NCBI GenBank assembly: GCA_000146045.2
Contig: BK006938.2
Coordinates: 320,001 to 384,000 of the forward strand
Direction: 5' to 3'
Origin: TPA_inf: Saccharomyces
Taxonomy: Eukaryota
DNA length: 64,000 nt
Part shown: positions 37,140 to 48,211 of the stretch, one piece after another
Layout: the number at the start of each line of letters is the position of its first letter
How positions within the stretch are numbered: position 1 is the first letter of the stretch
Notes under the pieces: generated by a model
Told to the model about the DNA's origin: nothing
Databases searched by the model: none
Seen by the model: only the letters and a program-made list of their open reading frames with translations
Translations under genes and position numbers: made by a program

Positions 37140-39576
37140 ATTGCTGCGCTGTTCATGCTGAAAAACGACAAAAACAAAGAAAAAAAAGTTTTTCAGAGAT
37201 TGAGATAAAAATAAACGTGGTGGCTCCCGAGGCATTTCTAGCTGGCCAGCAAGTACACGGTGGCCGTTTCTTTTGGCGTTTTTTTTTTCTGTTTTCGCGT
37301 TCTTCATGCTGTGCGTTGCTGGTGAGGTGGCGTGGACGGTTTGGTTTAGGCAATGATAGAAAAAGCTATAGTCAGAGTTGCAGGAAAGGACGAAAGTAGT
37401 CCATTTGGTGCCGTTATCCAAGGGTCTTGCTCTTAGTCTTGCTTTTCACCCAGCACGCGGTAAGAAGGATCGGGTGCAGCATGAAGAATGCTGACTGTAC
37501 GCGTTTCGATTTGAAGCTTTAGGATGTTCTGTGGGTTGGGTTGGCTCGATCGACAGTGCGTATAGTGACCTTTGAACTGTACCGGGTGGCACGTCGTGCA
37601 CAGAATCAGAAGTAGTTATAAAAGATTTGTAATTGCGTATATGCAACCAAGTTTAGGCTTTCTCCGTGCCGTTTTTTAAGGTGAAATGTACTCCTCTTGA
37701 AAATGTAAAAAAATGGAGCCTCGCAGAGCAGCTTGCCAAGCAGGTTGATACAAGGTGAGCCGCCGAAACATAACGATAAACGTGGTATAGTTTTCGATTG
37801 CCTTTAGTTTGGGTGGTCTCAGTGCTGGCACCTGACGAACTATTCGTAGGCAGGAGAACTTGCATCATGTGGTGTTCTTCCGAGATAGGGATGCCGTTTG
37901 GTCCTTACGAAAGTCAATGTTCTGGTACTACTAATTATTAACATAGTTCGTTGTATACACACTCTTTACTTTCATAAGAAATAAAAAGCACGTCTAAGAA
38001 ATCTCTACGTCTTGGCTGCGGCAAGCAACTGCATAGAAAGCACATAGTAGTAACTCTAAAATGCGAGCTTCATACAGACAATTACATAAATGCAACATAG
38101 GCAGCATGGGATCCTGGGTTTCATATCGTCAAAGAAAGCCACCAACTGGCTTTACCATAAAAATACGAAAAGAAGTGCACACATTCTTCTTTTTGGCTCA
38201 TCACAAGTTCTTCAATTTACTGTCATTACTTTTGTTTCCTTGTCAGATAATGTATGGGTGGTGTGTACACCAAGGTATTTTTTTTTTTACTTGGCAGATC
38301 TGCAATGCATAATAGAATGGTAAGGGAACGAGTAACAGACGGGAAGCGAATGCGAACACAAAGAATATAAATTTGAAATCTCCTGTTGCAAAGGATTCTC
38401 TAGACATTTACTATCTCAGTGACAATTCTCGAGTGAAACAAGAAATTGAGATGGTAGGTCAGCGCCCATACTTCTTGAATCAATTGGAGGAGCGGATAAA
38501 GCAAGTTTCCCCCCTCAATGTAAATCATCTTAAGCAAAATTTTAAAATCTAGGCACATATAAAGAGAAAATGGGAATGATTTTGCTGGATAGGCTACAGT
38601 GTTAGGAATGCAGAATTAGGAACTATAGATGATGCGATTAAAGATATTAAACGAGAAGTGACAGTGGTGGCTTCGACAACGGCAGTCGTGCTCGGTCGAC
38701 AACGTGTATGTTTTTGCCGAGCAGAGCAGGGAAAGTCCTTCTTTCTGCGCGTGAATCAAAACACATTGGTATCGAATTTAACATATCTGGGTGAGGAATG
38801 GACAATCCTAATAAAGTACTGGAGGTTTGTCTGTATTTCCAAGTTCTTGCTTGTAGAAACTGCTTTCTTTTCTCTTTTCCTGCAGCGGTCGAACATATGT
38901 GATTATTGATTAGCCATTTGTTCCAAGTCATATAGTAGTATTACGTGTTCAGATGCGGTGTTAGCGTATCTTTTTGTTAAATAAAATATCATTGTGCCGT
39001 TGCCGCCCTACCTGCCAAGGGTCAAAGAAGGCACCTTTATACGATGCCACCTTTTTATAGTATTCTACTACAGAGTCATCGTTCACCAGTTACTGTTCAT
39101 TCTACTAAATTAGTATGGCGTGTTGCATAGAAGGAAGCATGAATTACAAGATCAGTAGAACAAAAAGTTCAACTGTTTGGAATTTAGTTGAACATGTGAC
39201 GAAAGCTCTGCTACTAAGACAGGGGCAAAAAATAACAATATGTAAGCATAAGAAATGGGTCAATGTTGGGATACTTGGTGAATTCCGTTCTTTTTAGAAG
39301 CGGATTTTCTTATTCGTTTATATGTTGCCATTCATTACCCTATCATATTATGAATCTTCACATTTTATTTTCCATAAGATCTGATGACTGTTTCCCAATC
39401 ACCTTACATCATATATGATAATGTACAATTGATATGAAGAATAGCAGTCGATGGATGATATTTTATTCTTATTATCAACATGTACAAAGTGTTGGAACGG
39501 TAAAGACCAGTGCAAATCTGATAAAACTTTAAAATAACATGGACAAATTTATGTCCAGGATTCTCCGAAGAACTCA

Positions 39577-39672
39577 TCCTTGTTAGCTCAGTTGGTAGAG
39601 CGTTCGGCTTTTAAGCGCATTTGCTTAAGCAAGGATACCGAAATGTCAGGGGTTCGAGCCCCCTATGAGGAG
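39577..39672 (+). tRNA. tK(UUU)D: tRNA-Lys (anticodon UUU) with a 23-nt intron at about 39614..39636
   Basis: TCCTTGTTAGCTCAGTTGGTAGAGCGTTCGGCTTTTAA[gcgcatttgcttaagcaaggat]ACCGAAATGTCAGGGGTTCGAGCCCCCTATGAGGAG. The cloverleaf folds with anticodon loop CTTTTAA, an intron 1 nt 3' of the anticodon, and a T-loop GGTTCGAGCC. Yeast tRNA-Lys(UUU) genes are intron-containing. Confidence 0.93.
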
Positions 39673-39824
39673 TTCTTTCTTTTTTTCTCTCAATTTTTAA
39701 CCGGTACCTTTAAAAGGGTATCAAAAACAATAGCATAGCATAAAAGAAATAAGTGCAATTTATTGGTGTCATTTATATAAGCTATGAATTTTAAAAAAAA
39801 TAAATGTAGCAGTTTCTTTTTTGT

Positions 39825-41285
39825 TTAAATTCTGAGTTTTCTACTTTTTAATTTCCAAAATACTACAGCTGAAAGAACAGCGGATACAACGAATGCGATA
39901 CTGCTGTACTTGTAGACAGCCGAAATACAGGACGGATTTCGCAGATCTCCTCCGCCACTCATACAGCGAGAATCGTAAAATTTGGCATACAACATGCAAA
40001 ATATCATAGAACCTATAGCAGGTGCAATTAGTAAGCTACCGTAAACAGTCCCGAATGAGCGTTCGCCCCATACTAACAGGACCAGCGTCGGATAAACAGT
40101 GAAAAGTCCACCGTATACAATTCCAACCAATGATCCTGTAGGTACTAGCCCCCAGGGTGACGCTGAAGAGGTCATTTTCAATAAAAACAGTTGTGCACAT
40201 ACCCCTAATGAAAGGAAAGTCAACAGGATCCATTTAATTGATATTTTTTTCTTGGCGAAGAAGTCTGCCACTATGCCTGTGAGCAATCTCGTAAAAGTGG
40301 AAGATAGCGCGTATGTGGATAACAACTTTGTAGATAAGGTTGGCGCATCTAATTGGACTAGCAGGTTAGTCAGTGATCCCATATTGGCAATAAACATCTC
40401 GAGGGGCCCAAGTGATAACAAAATTGATACCGCTAGGATATATGTCACAGGATCACTAAAGATCCTTAGCATCGTCTGCGTAAACTTTTCTTGAACATGA
40501 TTACTTCGTTCTAACAGCGGTGATTGTTCCACATCAGTTTGATCATCCAGCCGTTTTTGGTTGTCTTGCTCTTCATTAAAATGCAAAAGTGATACCACGC
40601 TGGTGGCTATCCATGCAAGTAGCCCAATAACGACATAAACGAGGGCAAATGTTTGGAATACTCTTCCCAGGTTTAAGTCACTATTGGACGAGGAAGAACT
40701 TGCGTTAGAGGACCAGAACCATTTGATTCTTAGCAGTTGAGAACCGACTACAGAAGAAATACCATAACATGTCGTTGGTAAGCTAATGGATAGTAGTTTT
40801 GTATGAGGATATAGCTTAGTGCATGTCAGTAAAGCGCTAAAGTATAAAGCGCTTGTTGATATACCTATGAAAACGAAACAAATGATGGATAGATTGAATG
40901 ATGAGTCACCATTTCCTCCGAGAGATAACTCCGGATGATTAAAAACGTAAGCCAGATATGAATAGCTAGGTATGAACCCTATGATGGCTAAAAGACTTAA
41001 AGTAATGGGGCCATGAGAATCAGCGATCATCCCCAAGATTGGTGGCGTCAAGTACATCCCCAAATTAGTCATACTAGCGATGGTGTTGATTTGCCATGAG
41101 GAATAATTTAAATGTTTCTGCCACGGTTGAGAGTAAAGAGATATCAAAGTAATGAAGCCAGTTGACACCGCAGATAATAGCGAAAAGATGTATGCAACAC
41201 GATGTGATGACTGAAGAGACAAAACATGGGGTAAGAGTAAGCGCGTATGGTATGAAAGGTAGTGCTCCACCTTTGATAGAGGCAT
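39825..41285 (-). CDS. MCH1: Major facilitator superfamily transporter, monocarboxylate-permease-like (486 aa from MPLSKVEH; ORF extends 3 codons upstream)
   Basis: About 12 predicted transmembrane helices; position corresponds to YDL054C. Start choice rests on recalling a 486-aa product. Confidence 0.85.
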   Translation of the reverse strand: MPLSKVEHYLSYHTRLLLPHVLSLQSSHRVAYIFSLLSAVSTGFITLISLYSQPWQKHLNYSSWQINTIASMTNLGMYLTPPILGMIADSHGPITLSLLAIIGFIPSYSYLAYVFNHPELSLGGNGDSSFNLSIICFVFIGISTSALYFSALLTCTKLYPHTKLLSISLPTTCYGISSVVGSQLLRIKWFWSSNASSSSSNSDLNLGRVFQTFALVYVVIGLLAWIATSVVSLLHFNEEQDNQKRLDDQTDVEQSPLLERSNHVQEKFTQTMLRIFSDPVTYILAVSILLSLGPLEMFIANMGSLTNLLVQLDAPTLSTKLLSTYALSSTFTRLLTGIVADFFAKKKISIKWILLTFLSLGVCAQLFLLKMTSSASPWGLVPTGSLVGIVYGGLFTVYPTLVLLVWGERSFGTVYGSLLIAPAIGSMIFCMLYAKFYDSRCMSGGGDLRNPSCISAVYKYSSIAFVVSAVLSAVVFWKLKSRKLRI

Positions 41286-41698
41286 GATTTGCACTTGGAA
41301 AATGGTTATTGCTATAAAATGATATGAAAGGAAACTAGTCTCGATGAAACGTTAGAAGTTGCTGTCTGAGTAGCGGTCTCTGTTATCTTGTATTTACACT
41401 GTATAATAGTTTTTCTTGTAGGGCAAAAAGAAAGGTACTAATTTCCGAACGATGCGAAAAGCCGCTAGCATCGGAAAGGCTAAGTGAACTATGCAATAAA
41501 GACTAAGAGAAAAAGCAAAGAAAGGCGTCTTAACACAGTATACATTTTTCGACATTATGAATTATAAAATTTTTATTTACGCTTGTAAAATAATATTTTC
41601 ATTTCTTCTATTTTCCTCTTTTCTTCGTTTTCTTGACTTCATACTTCATTTTTTGTTTGACTCCTTTTTGCGTTATGAAACGTGATGCTTCGATATTC

Positions 41699-42256
41699 TC
41701 ATTGGTTTCTTAAAACTTTAGCAATATCGGACAAACAGCCGTATTTTTTATTCTTATTTTTACTGCTTGATACAGTACCCCAGTCAGTGGCTGTTGAAAC
41801 TCTGCCACTTGCCGTTTCTGATAGTACTTGCTTATAAGTTTTCATTGAATGACTTTTTTCACCAGCGGTATAGCTCTGAAATAATTTGTGCATATACGAT
41901 CTAACTTCTTCTCTATTGTAAGGTTGTTTATTCGCTCTTTTAAATTTCTTATTTGTGGATGATCCATTGGCGGTGGAACTACCCTTTATATTAGCAGGCG
42001 GCGCGGTAGATGCGATGGTTTTAGTCTTCGTATTAGCAGGTTGTACAGCCACGGAATCATCTTTTCGTGCCTGCTGTTGCTGTTGCTGTTGCCTTGGAAG
42101 GGCTTTGGCAGCTGCCTGCGCCCAACCTGTTAATTTTGGCTTCTGAGGAAGCACAGCGGGCGTTGGACCATTTGAATTTGGACCTGAAGCAGATAAAGTA
42201 GCCTTCAAAGTCGAGGAGGTTCTGCCATCTACACTGGTTGTTGAGGTTGTTGTCAT
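41699..42256 (-). CDS. PBP4: Pbp1-binding protein; low-complexity S/T/Q-rich protein with a Q7 run (185 aa)
   Basis: 185-aa ORF at the YDL053C position. Named by synteny and size. Confidence 0.8.
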   Translation of the reverse strand: MTTTSTTSVDGRTSSTLKATLSASGPNSNGPTPAVLPQKPKLTGWAQAAAKALPRQQQQQQQARKDDSVAVQPANTKTKTIASTAPPANIKGSSTANGSSTNKKFKRANKQPYNREEVRSYMHKLFQSYTAGEKSHSMKTYKQVLSETASGRVSTATDWGTVSSSKNKNKKYGCLSDIAKVLRNQ

Positions 42257-42671
42257 TTCGTACTAGATTAAAGGGAAAATTGTATCGTAAATAAGTAATA
42301 AAGTTAATGAAAATTCGGAAACAAAAATGGATAGATATTAAACAGTGAACAAATGAAAAATTTCAGAAAAAAAGAATTAAAAAAAAAAAGGGAAAAAATA
42401 TGCACAAGATCGTATTATTTGTTGTTCCTCGTATTTTTCTTTCTATTTAGTCTCACATTTTTGACACATGCCTGGTGTTATATATACATTACAATGGAAA
42501 GTTCTTTTCTCTTTCTCCGAATAAAGTAGCGGTCTATTGATCACTTCTTACGCTGGGTATATGAGTCGTAATAAATAAAATCATCAGAATCATTCGTAAG
42601 TCATTTTACTTTTTTAAAAAGATAATTACAGTTTTTGGGTCTATATACTACTCTAAAAATGTGGTGGTGGC

Positions 42672-43583
42672 TTAATGCATCTTTTTTACAGATGAACCTT
42701 CGTTATGGGTATTGACATCGTTGCTAATGCTGACAGAAGGCACAGGCTCATTCTTGATTTTCTTGTTCACTTTCTTGTCATGTTGAAGAGCGGCATACTC
42801 AATAGCTTGTGGTGGGAGGGTTGTATCGTTGATGGCGGGAGAGTAGCCAATCTCCTTCAAAGTGTCAACCATTTGATCTCTAACTTTTTCAGCAAATTCA
42901 CCAATTTTGTCCTTTGTTAAGTTCTCGGTTGAAATAGGTTTTAAAATTCTAACAATCATACAGCCTCTGTTGAAGACCCCATATTTAGGACTTACTAAAG
43001 TACTGGTATTGGAAACAACCACTGGAACAATGGGGATCTTACCCTGTTGTGCCAAATGGAAAGCACCCTTCTTGAAAGGCAACATTGTCAGCTCACTCGT
43101 GTAAGACCTGGTACCCTCAGGAAAAACCCATAGAGCACGCTTGTTTTTCTTAACATTTTCTAAACCTTTATTCAAGGTGTCAATGGCTTCTTGCCTTTTA
43201 GATCTGTCTAAGAAATATGTACCACTCAAAGCCATGAACCAACCCAGAAAGGGGACGTATTTCAAAGACTTCTTGGCAGTAACTGTGCAACCAGGGGGGA
43301 AAATCCTACCTAACATGAAGATATCCAAGGTGGATTGGTGATTGGCAATCATAATATATGGCTTCTTGGCCAAATTCTCCTCGCCAACGACCTTGACGTC
43401 AAGGCCAAGCATCAATTTCATGACATGGTAAAAACAACGCGCAGTAATCCACTGAGCCAAATGTTGCTTACCGATTAACGTGCAAAGGATAGAGGCGATT
43501 ACACCGTAAAAGCCACAGCCTGCAAGCGCCAGTACGACCAACACGGACCTCAAGTAATACAAGAACCTACCTATCACACTCAT
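42672..43583 (-). CDS. SLC1: 1-acyl-sn-glycerol-3-phosphate acyltransferase (303 aa from MSVIGRFLYY; ORF extends to 43604)
   Basis: Acyltransferase motifs NHQSTLD (H-x4-D) and FPEGTRS are present. Position corresponds to YDL052C. Confidence 0.9.
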   Translation of the reverse strand: MSVIGRFLYYLRSVLVVLALAGCGFYGVIASILCTLIGKQHLAQWITARCFYHVMKLMLGLDVKVVGEENLAKKPYIMIANHQSTLDIFMLGRIFPPGCTVTAKKSLKYVPFLGWFMALSGTYFLDRSKRQEAIDTLNKGLENVKKNKRALWVFPEGTRSYTSELTMLPFKKGAFHLAQQGKIPIVPVVVSNTSTLVSPKYGVFNRGCMIVRILKPISTENLTKDKIGEFAEKVRDQMVDTLKEIGYSPAINDTTLPPQAIEYAALQHDKKVNKKIKNEPVPSVSISNDVNTHNEGSSVKKMH

Positions 43584-43951
43584 TATTTTTTTGCTCGAAT
43601 TCACTGACGGAGGGAAACCACTAAACTTCTCTATTGAAGAATTCCCCCTTCACCTTAAACCCTTCCTAATATAAGTATTTTGAACACCATACCATATTCT
43701 CAACAAAACAAAGGAAGCATAATTGATATCATCATTCACGAGATCCATCTCGTGACCGTGAAAAAATTTTCGTCTTCGTCTTAGTGTAATGTGTTCAGCC
43801 CAACCTCATCGCAATATCTCAAGATTTTTGAATTACAACCAAATCAAAAGCACAGAGTCGCATCTCATCGCTATGATGTATTTTTTTCTTTTTCCAAAAA
43901 ATGGGTTCTATTTGGTTCTACTGGAACTAAAGTAGCATCTGCAAAGAAGTA

Positions 43952-44779
43952 ATGTCTGAAAAACCACAACAAGAGGAGCAAGAGAAACCACAATCAAGAC
44001 GTAATTCATTTGCTGTGATTGAATTTACTCCAGAAGTCTTGGACAGATGTTTAAAGCAAGTGGAATTCTACTTTTCTGAATTCAACTTTCCATATGACAG
44101 GTTCTTGCGCACAACAGCGGAAAAAAACGATGGATGGGTCCCCATCAGCACCATCGCCACATTCAACCGTATGAAGAAATATAGACCAGTGGATAAGGTT
44201 ATCGAAGCACTACGTAGTTCTGAAATTTTGGAAGTATCTGCTGATGGAGAGAACGTCAAGAGACGTGTTCCTTTGGACCTAACTGCTGCCAGAAATGCCA
44301 GAATTGAGCAAAACCAACGGACTTTGGCTGTAATGAATTTCCCACATGAGGACGTTGAAGCTTCCCAAATTCCTGAATTGCAGGAGAACTTGGAAGCCTT
44401 TTTCAAAAAATTAGGTGAAATCAACCAAGTGCGTTTGAGAAGAGATCACAGAAACAAGAAATTTAATGGTACGGTCTTGGTGGAATTTAAGACAATTCCA
44501 GAATGTGAAGCTTTTTTGAAATCGTATTCCAATGACGATGAGTCCAACGAAATTTTGTCATATGAAGGTAAGAAACTGAGTGTTTTGACGAAAAAACAGT
44601 TTGATTTACAGAGAGAGGCCTCGAAGTCCAAAAACTTCAGCGGTAGATCAAGATCCTTTAACGGCCATAAGAAGAAAAACTTGCCTAAATTCCCCAAAAA
44701 TAAGAAGAAAAACGGCAAGGAAGAGTCAAAAGAGGACTCTTCTGCCATTGCCGATGACGATGAGGAGCACAAGGAGTGA
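43952..44779 (+). CDS. LHP1: La protein homolog (La motif plus RRM, basic C-terminal tail), 275 aa
   Basis: La-motif-like N-terminus ([18 protein letters not shown]...) followed by an RRM and a KK-rich tail. Size and synteny match YDL051W. Confidence 0.92.
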
Positions 44780-45067
44780 TTCTTGTGTTTCTTCTGGTTC
44801 TCGTATCTCATTATCATAGCATATTAAGAATATATGTACTAACATATGTACTAAACAGAAACACAATATGAATTACAACTAATACTATATTATTTGTCTC
44901 CTTTTTTTATTAGTATTAAAAATTACCGTTACTGGTTAAAATGGAATACAGCTCATCCATTTAAAAAAAAAAAAAAATAGAATAACAATAATTAAGCAGA
45001 AAAAATGTTAACGAATATAATAAATCGATTTGTCCATTTTCATAAATTTTTTTTTTGTATTATTTCA

Positions 45068-45874
45068 TTATCTGTGCCTCAAAGCATTAACTTTTCTTGC
45101 AGTCAGAGAGAGTCTCTTGCGTGGATTATACCAACCGCCATTATCAGCCGGCATAGGGGCCGGCGTAGCATAGTTACTATCAGCTGTAATTATGTATGAC
45201 CACCCTGGTGTTACGGTAGTATGTTGATCAACGGAGTTTCTTAAAGTGTAGTAATACGTTACCTCACTGGTCGCGTACTTCCTTTTCCATGTCTTTGCTG
45301 TTACCTTAGTAGCCGGTTGGAGTTGCATGGGAGCATATTTCACAACACCTGTTTGTAAGTTGTAGGGAACGGTGAAACTCTTAGAATCAATCGTGGCACC
45401 CACATCTCCTGTGGTAATTCTTGTTTGTGCCTCTGGTGCAATGGTTATCATACTCGGATTAGCGGCTTTTGTACCAATCATCCCTTTTAGTTTAAATCTG
45501 TTAGTGTAATGAATGGTGTAACCGATAGCTGTTTGCGCAAAGACTTGTATGAAGTAAACACCGTCCGTCCCAACGGTGTTTTCTATTATCGCATTGAACT
45601 CGTTGTCTGTCAGATCACTCGCACTGAGTGTTTGAAGAGTAGCCATTGCTTCTATCATGGCATTGGTACCCGAACACAGAGTAAACGTGTATCTGACAAA
45701 ATCCTTTTCCTGTGGTGTGTTATCTGTATGCATCCACTTTACTTTGACAACAGCCTGACTTGTACCAGATAAATCATAAACTGAGTTGGGTTCTGGAGCC
45801 ACAATGGCCACATCACAATAAGCTGTTCGGAACACTACCGAACAAAATAATGTTAAGAATAATACTATCAGCAT
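45068..45874 (-). CDS. KNH1: Secreted/cell-wall Kre9 homolog involved in beta-1,6-glucan synthesis (268 aa)
   Basis: N-terminal signal peptide (MLIVLFLTLFCSVVFRTAYC) on a Ser/Thr-rich protein. Position and size match YDL049C. Confidence 0.85.
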   Translation of the reverse strand: MLIVLFLTLFCSVVFRTAYCDVAIVAPEPNSVYDLSGTSQAVVKVKWMHTDNTPQEKDFVRYTFTLCSGTNAMIEAMATLQTLSASDLTDNEFNAIIENTVGTDGVYFIQVFAQTAIGYTIHYTNRFKLKGMIGTKAANPSMITIAPEAQTRITTGDVGATIDSKSFTVPYNLQTGVVKYAPMQLQPATKVTAKTWKRKYATSEVTYYYTLRNSVDQHTTVTPGWSYIITADSNYATPAPMPADNGGWYNPRKRLSLTARKVNALRHR

Positions 45875-46738
45875 ACGTTTTACGTAATTGATTTTTTATT
45901 ATTGTTACCTACCTAAGAAGTCGACGTAATACTTGTATACTTTACTTTTTACTTCTGTGCAACTTTCATCGATACGTTTTTATAAATTTACGTAACTAAC
46001 TACCTCATGTAATATTATACATGAACGAGCACATAATGTCCAATGTCCCTTACATGTTCGTACTTTCAAAAAAGAAAGAAGAAAATTGGTGAAGAGGAAA
46101 TGTGCTTTTCTGTTGGAGTTGGTCAACAATATGATGAGGAAGAAGGGAAAGCCGCAAAGACTGGATTTACGCAATGGACTACATTCTCATGTGAAAAAAA
46201 GAAGTGCTGCTTCGAAGGTTCGCGACCCTTTCAAGGGACTCGCCGCGATGCAGAGAAAAAAAAAAGAAGAGATAACGTGGGGGCAGCTAAAAAAAGACGA
46301 ATCGATAATGAGTCCATGACTTGAGCCGGACGGACTTATAATTCGATTCGGGCCTAGGCTTGTACAGCTGAAATAGTGTACAATATAAGGAACTAAACGA
46401 TCGGAGACCAATCGGAGAGCCGGCAGTTGAATCAGGTGCTTCATCACTGGCATAACCTATCCGCAAACGGCTGATGCAGGTCTCAACGCCCTTCTGGTAA
46501 AATCAAAAAAAGTAAAAAAAACGGCTCATGCCAGCTTGCTTCCTGTCAATAGCGGTTGTTGATTTTTTCGCTTCATGCCTAAAAAGAGAAACGAGACACA
46601 GAGAGAAAACAAGAATCTAGATTAATAACGTAGGGCAGCGTAACAATAATTTACGCAGAAATGATGTGTATTATTAGGGCATAAATAAATAAATGTATGT
46701 ATGTGTGTGTATGTATGAGTCGGTGAATGACTTTGGTT

Positions 46739-48211
46739 TTAGTGATATGAGTAGCCACATCCTTTCCCCACGTGCTTATTTAGCCAGACGTCAACGTTCG
46801 GAAATTGCAGTCCACAATGCTTGCACTTCCCCGGCACAACACCTCTATCTTCTTTCTTGGTCTTGGGCGGGTACTCGAAATGCAAAGCCTTTAGGTGATT
46901 CTTGAAAGTATCACAGCGCGAAAAAACGCCCGTTTGATGACAGTTTATTGGCTCGAAATAGAGTGATCTAGACTTGTGTGGATACACCTCCATATCCAAA
47001 TTGATCAGAGTAGAGTTGTAAGGACACTTGAATGCACCTTTAATCTTGTATAGTGATTTCAATTGGTTTTTCTTCAGTAGTTTTGTTTCTTCGGAAGAGG
47101 ATGAGGCAGCGAGTTTATCGTTTGAGTCGTCGCTGTCGTTGTTTGCGGAGGTGCGGGCAGTGTCATCTTGATCGTCAGCACCACTATTGTTGTCGGACTC
47201 CCTTGCGTATATTTGCATAAATTCATCTTTCCAATGGCGCTTCTTGTGCCTTATCAGATCATTGTTCCTGGCAAAGCCGCGTTGACAGATAGGGCACTTA
47301 TGCGGTCTGTCCTCCGGAGTTAAATGAGTGGATTTATGCGTAGATAGGTTGGCGTAGAAGTTGTGGCAGATGGGGCATTCCTTTTTCTTTCTTTGCTTCG
47401 TTATCTTGGCGGAATCCTTTAAAGACGATGAATACCTGCTTGTATGTTCATTAGTCAATGGGGAATGAATAGACGGTAGTGCAGAGGCACTACTACTACT
47501 GTTGAGTTGCTGTTGCTGTTGTTGTTTGACGATCAAAGGTGGGAATCCACTAACGGGTAGGCTGGACACGGATTTTGATCTCGGTACGTTATCTACCGCG
47601 GTTGGCAATATACTCTGGTGTTGAGTTGGTGGTGAGGGGGTGATGGTTTTGAAACCCGTTGTGTTGTTAGGGTTGCAAAATGTTAGCTCATGTCTGTGAT
47701 GATCTAGCACTGTTCTTGGCACCGGTGATGTAAAATTGGCATGCAAGGAATTTGATCTGCCGTTAAATTCTCTTTCTGCAACTGTAATTAAATTGGTGAA
47801 GGAGGATATGGGTGGCAAAATGACATGGCTTGAGCTGTTGGATGACAGCGGTGTTGGAGAAAGGCTATGAGGGAAATAGCATTTGGAATTATGTGCCAAG
47901 GCTGTATTGTCTGTAGGCGAACTCGTGATAGACTGGCATGCAGAGGAGTTATAAGAAGAGTATGATGTAGTTAATGGGGGAGGTGGAGGAGAATTCAGTG
48001 TAGAACTGAGGGTAGAGCGCGAAGACGACGTAGTACTGGACAACAATGGCAGTGATGGATCTATCAAATGGTGAATGGTGCCATTGGGAGAAGCCGTTGG
48101 GTTTGGCATTTTTTCTGGAGTATCTATAAAGGGAGGGTTTCTCCGTAAAGACATCGTCTCATGGGACATTACTGAGTCAATGCTTGATGCAAAAGATGAT
48201 GATACCAGCAT
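46739..48211 (-). CDS. STP4: C2H2 zinc-finger protein of the Stp family (490 aa from MLVSSSFASS; ORF extends 4 codons upstream)
   Basis: Carries C2H2 fingers (CPICHNFYANLSTHKSTH, CPICQRGFARNNDLIRHKKRH), a polyQ run and Ser/Thr-rich regions. Position corresponds to YDL048C. Confidence 0.88.
   Translation of the reverse strand: MLVSSSFASSIDSVMSHETMSLRRNPPFIDTPEKMPNPTASPNGTIHHLIDPSLPLLSSTTSSSRSTLSSTLNSPPPPPLTTSYSSYNSSACQSITSSPTDNTALAHNSKCYFPHSLSPTPLSSNSSSHVILPPISSFTNLITVAEREFNGRSNSLHANFTSPVPRTVLDHHRHELTFCNPNNTTGFKTITPSPPTQHQSILPTAVDNVPRSKSVSSLPVSGFPPLIVKQQQQQQLNSSSSASALPSIHSPLTNEHTSRYSSSLKDSAKITKQRKKKECPICHNFYANLSTHKSTHLTPEDRPHKCPICQRGFARNNDLIRHKKRHWKDEFMQIYARESDNNSGADDQDDTARTSANNDSDDSNDKLAASSSSEETKLLKKNQLKSLYKIKGAFKCPYNSTLINLDMEVYPHKSRSLYFEPINCHQTGVFSRCDTFKNHLKALHFEYPPKTKKEDRGVVPGKCKHCGLQFPNVDVWLNKHVGKGCGYSYH

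Noticed and set aside
38500-39576. Possible Ty LTR (delta/sigma/tau) remnant upstream of tK(UUU)D, e.g. TGTTGGAACGG at about 39489
   Set aside because: Only a 7-nt chance resemblance to an LTR terminus. I recognised no extended similarity to delta or sigma sequences and no target-site duplication.
46043-46324. 93-aa Lys/Glu-rich plus-strand ORF (and nested 77-aa and 88-aa ORFs) in the KNH1/STP4 intergenic region
   Set aside because: It is an A-rich low-complexity translation of promoter sequence with no domain or signal, and I see no reason to call it a gene.
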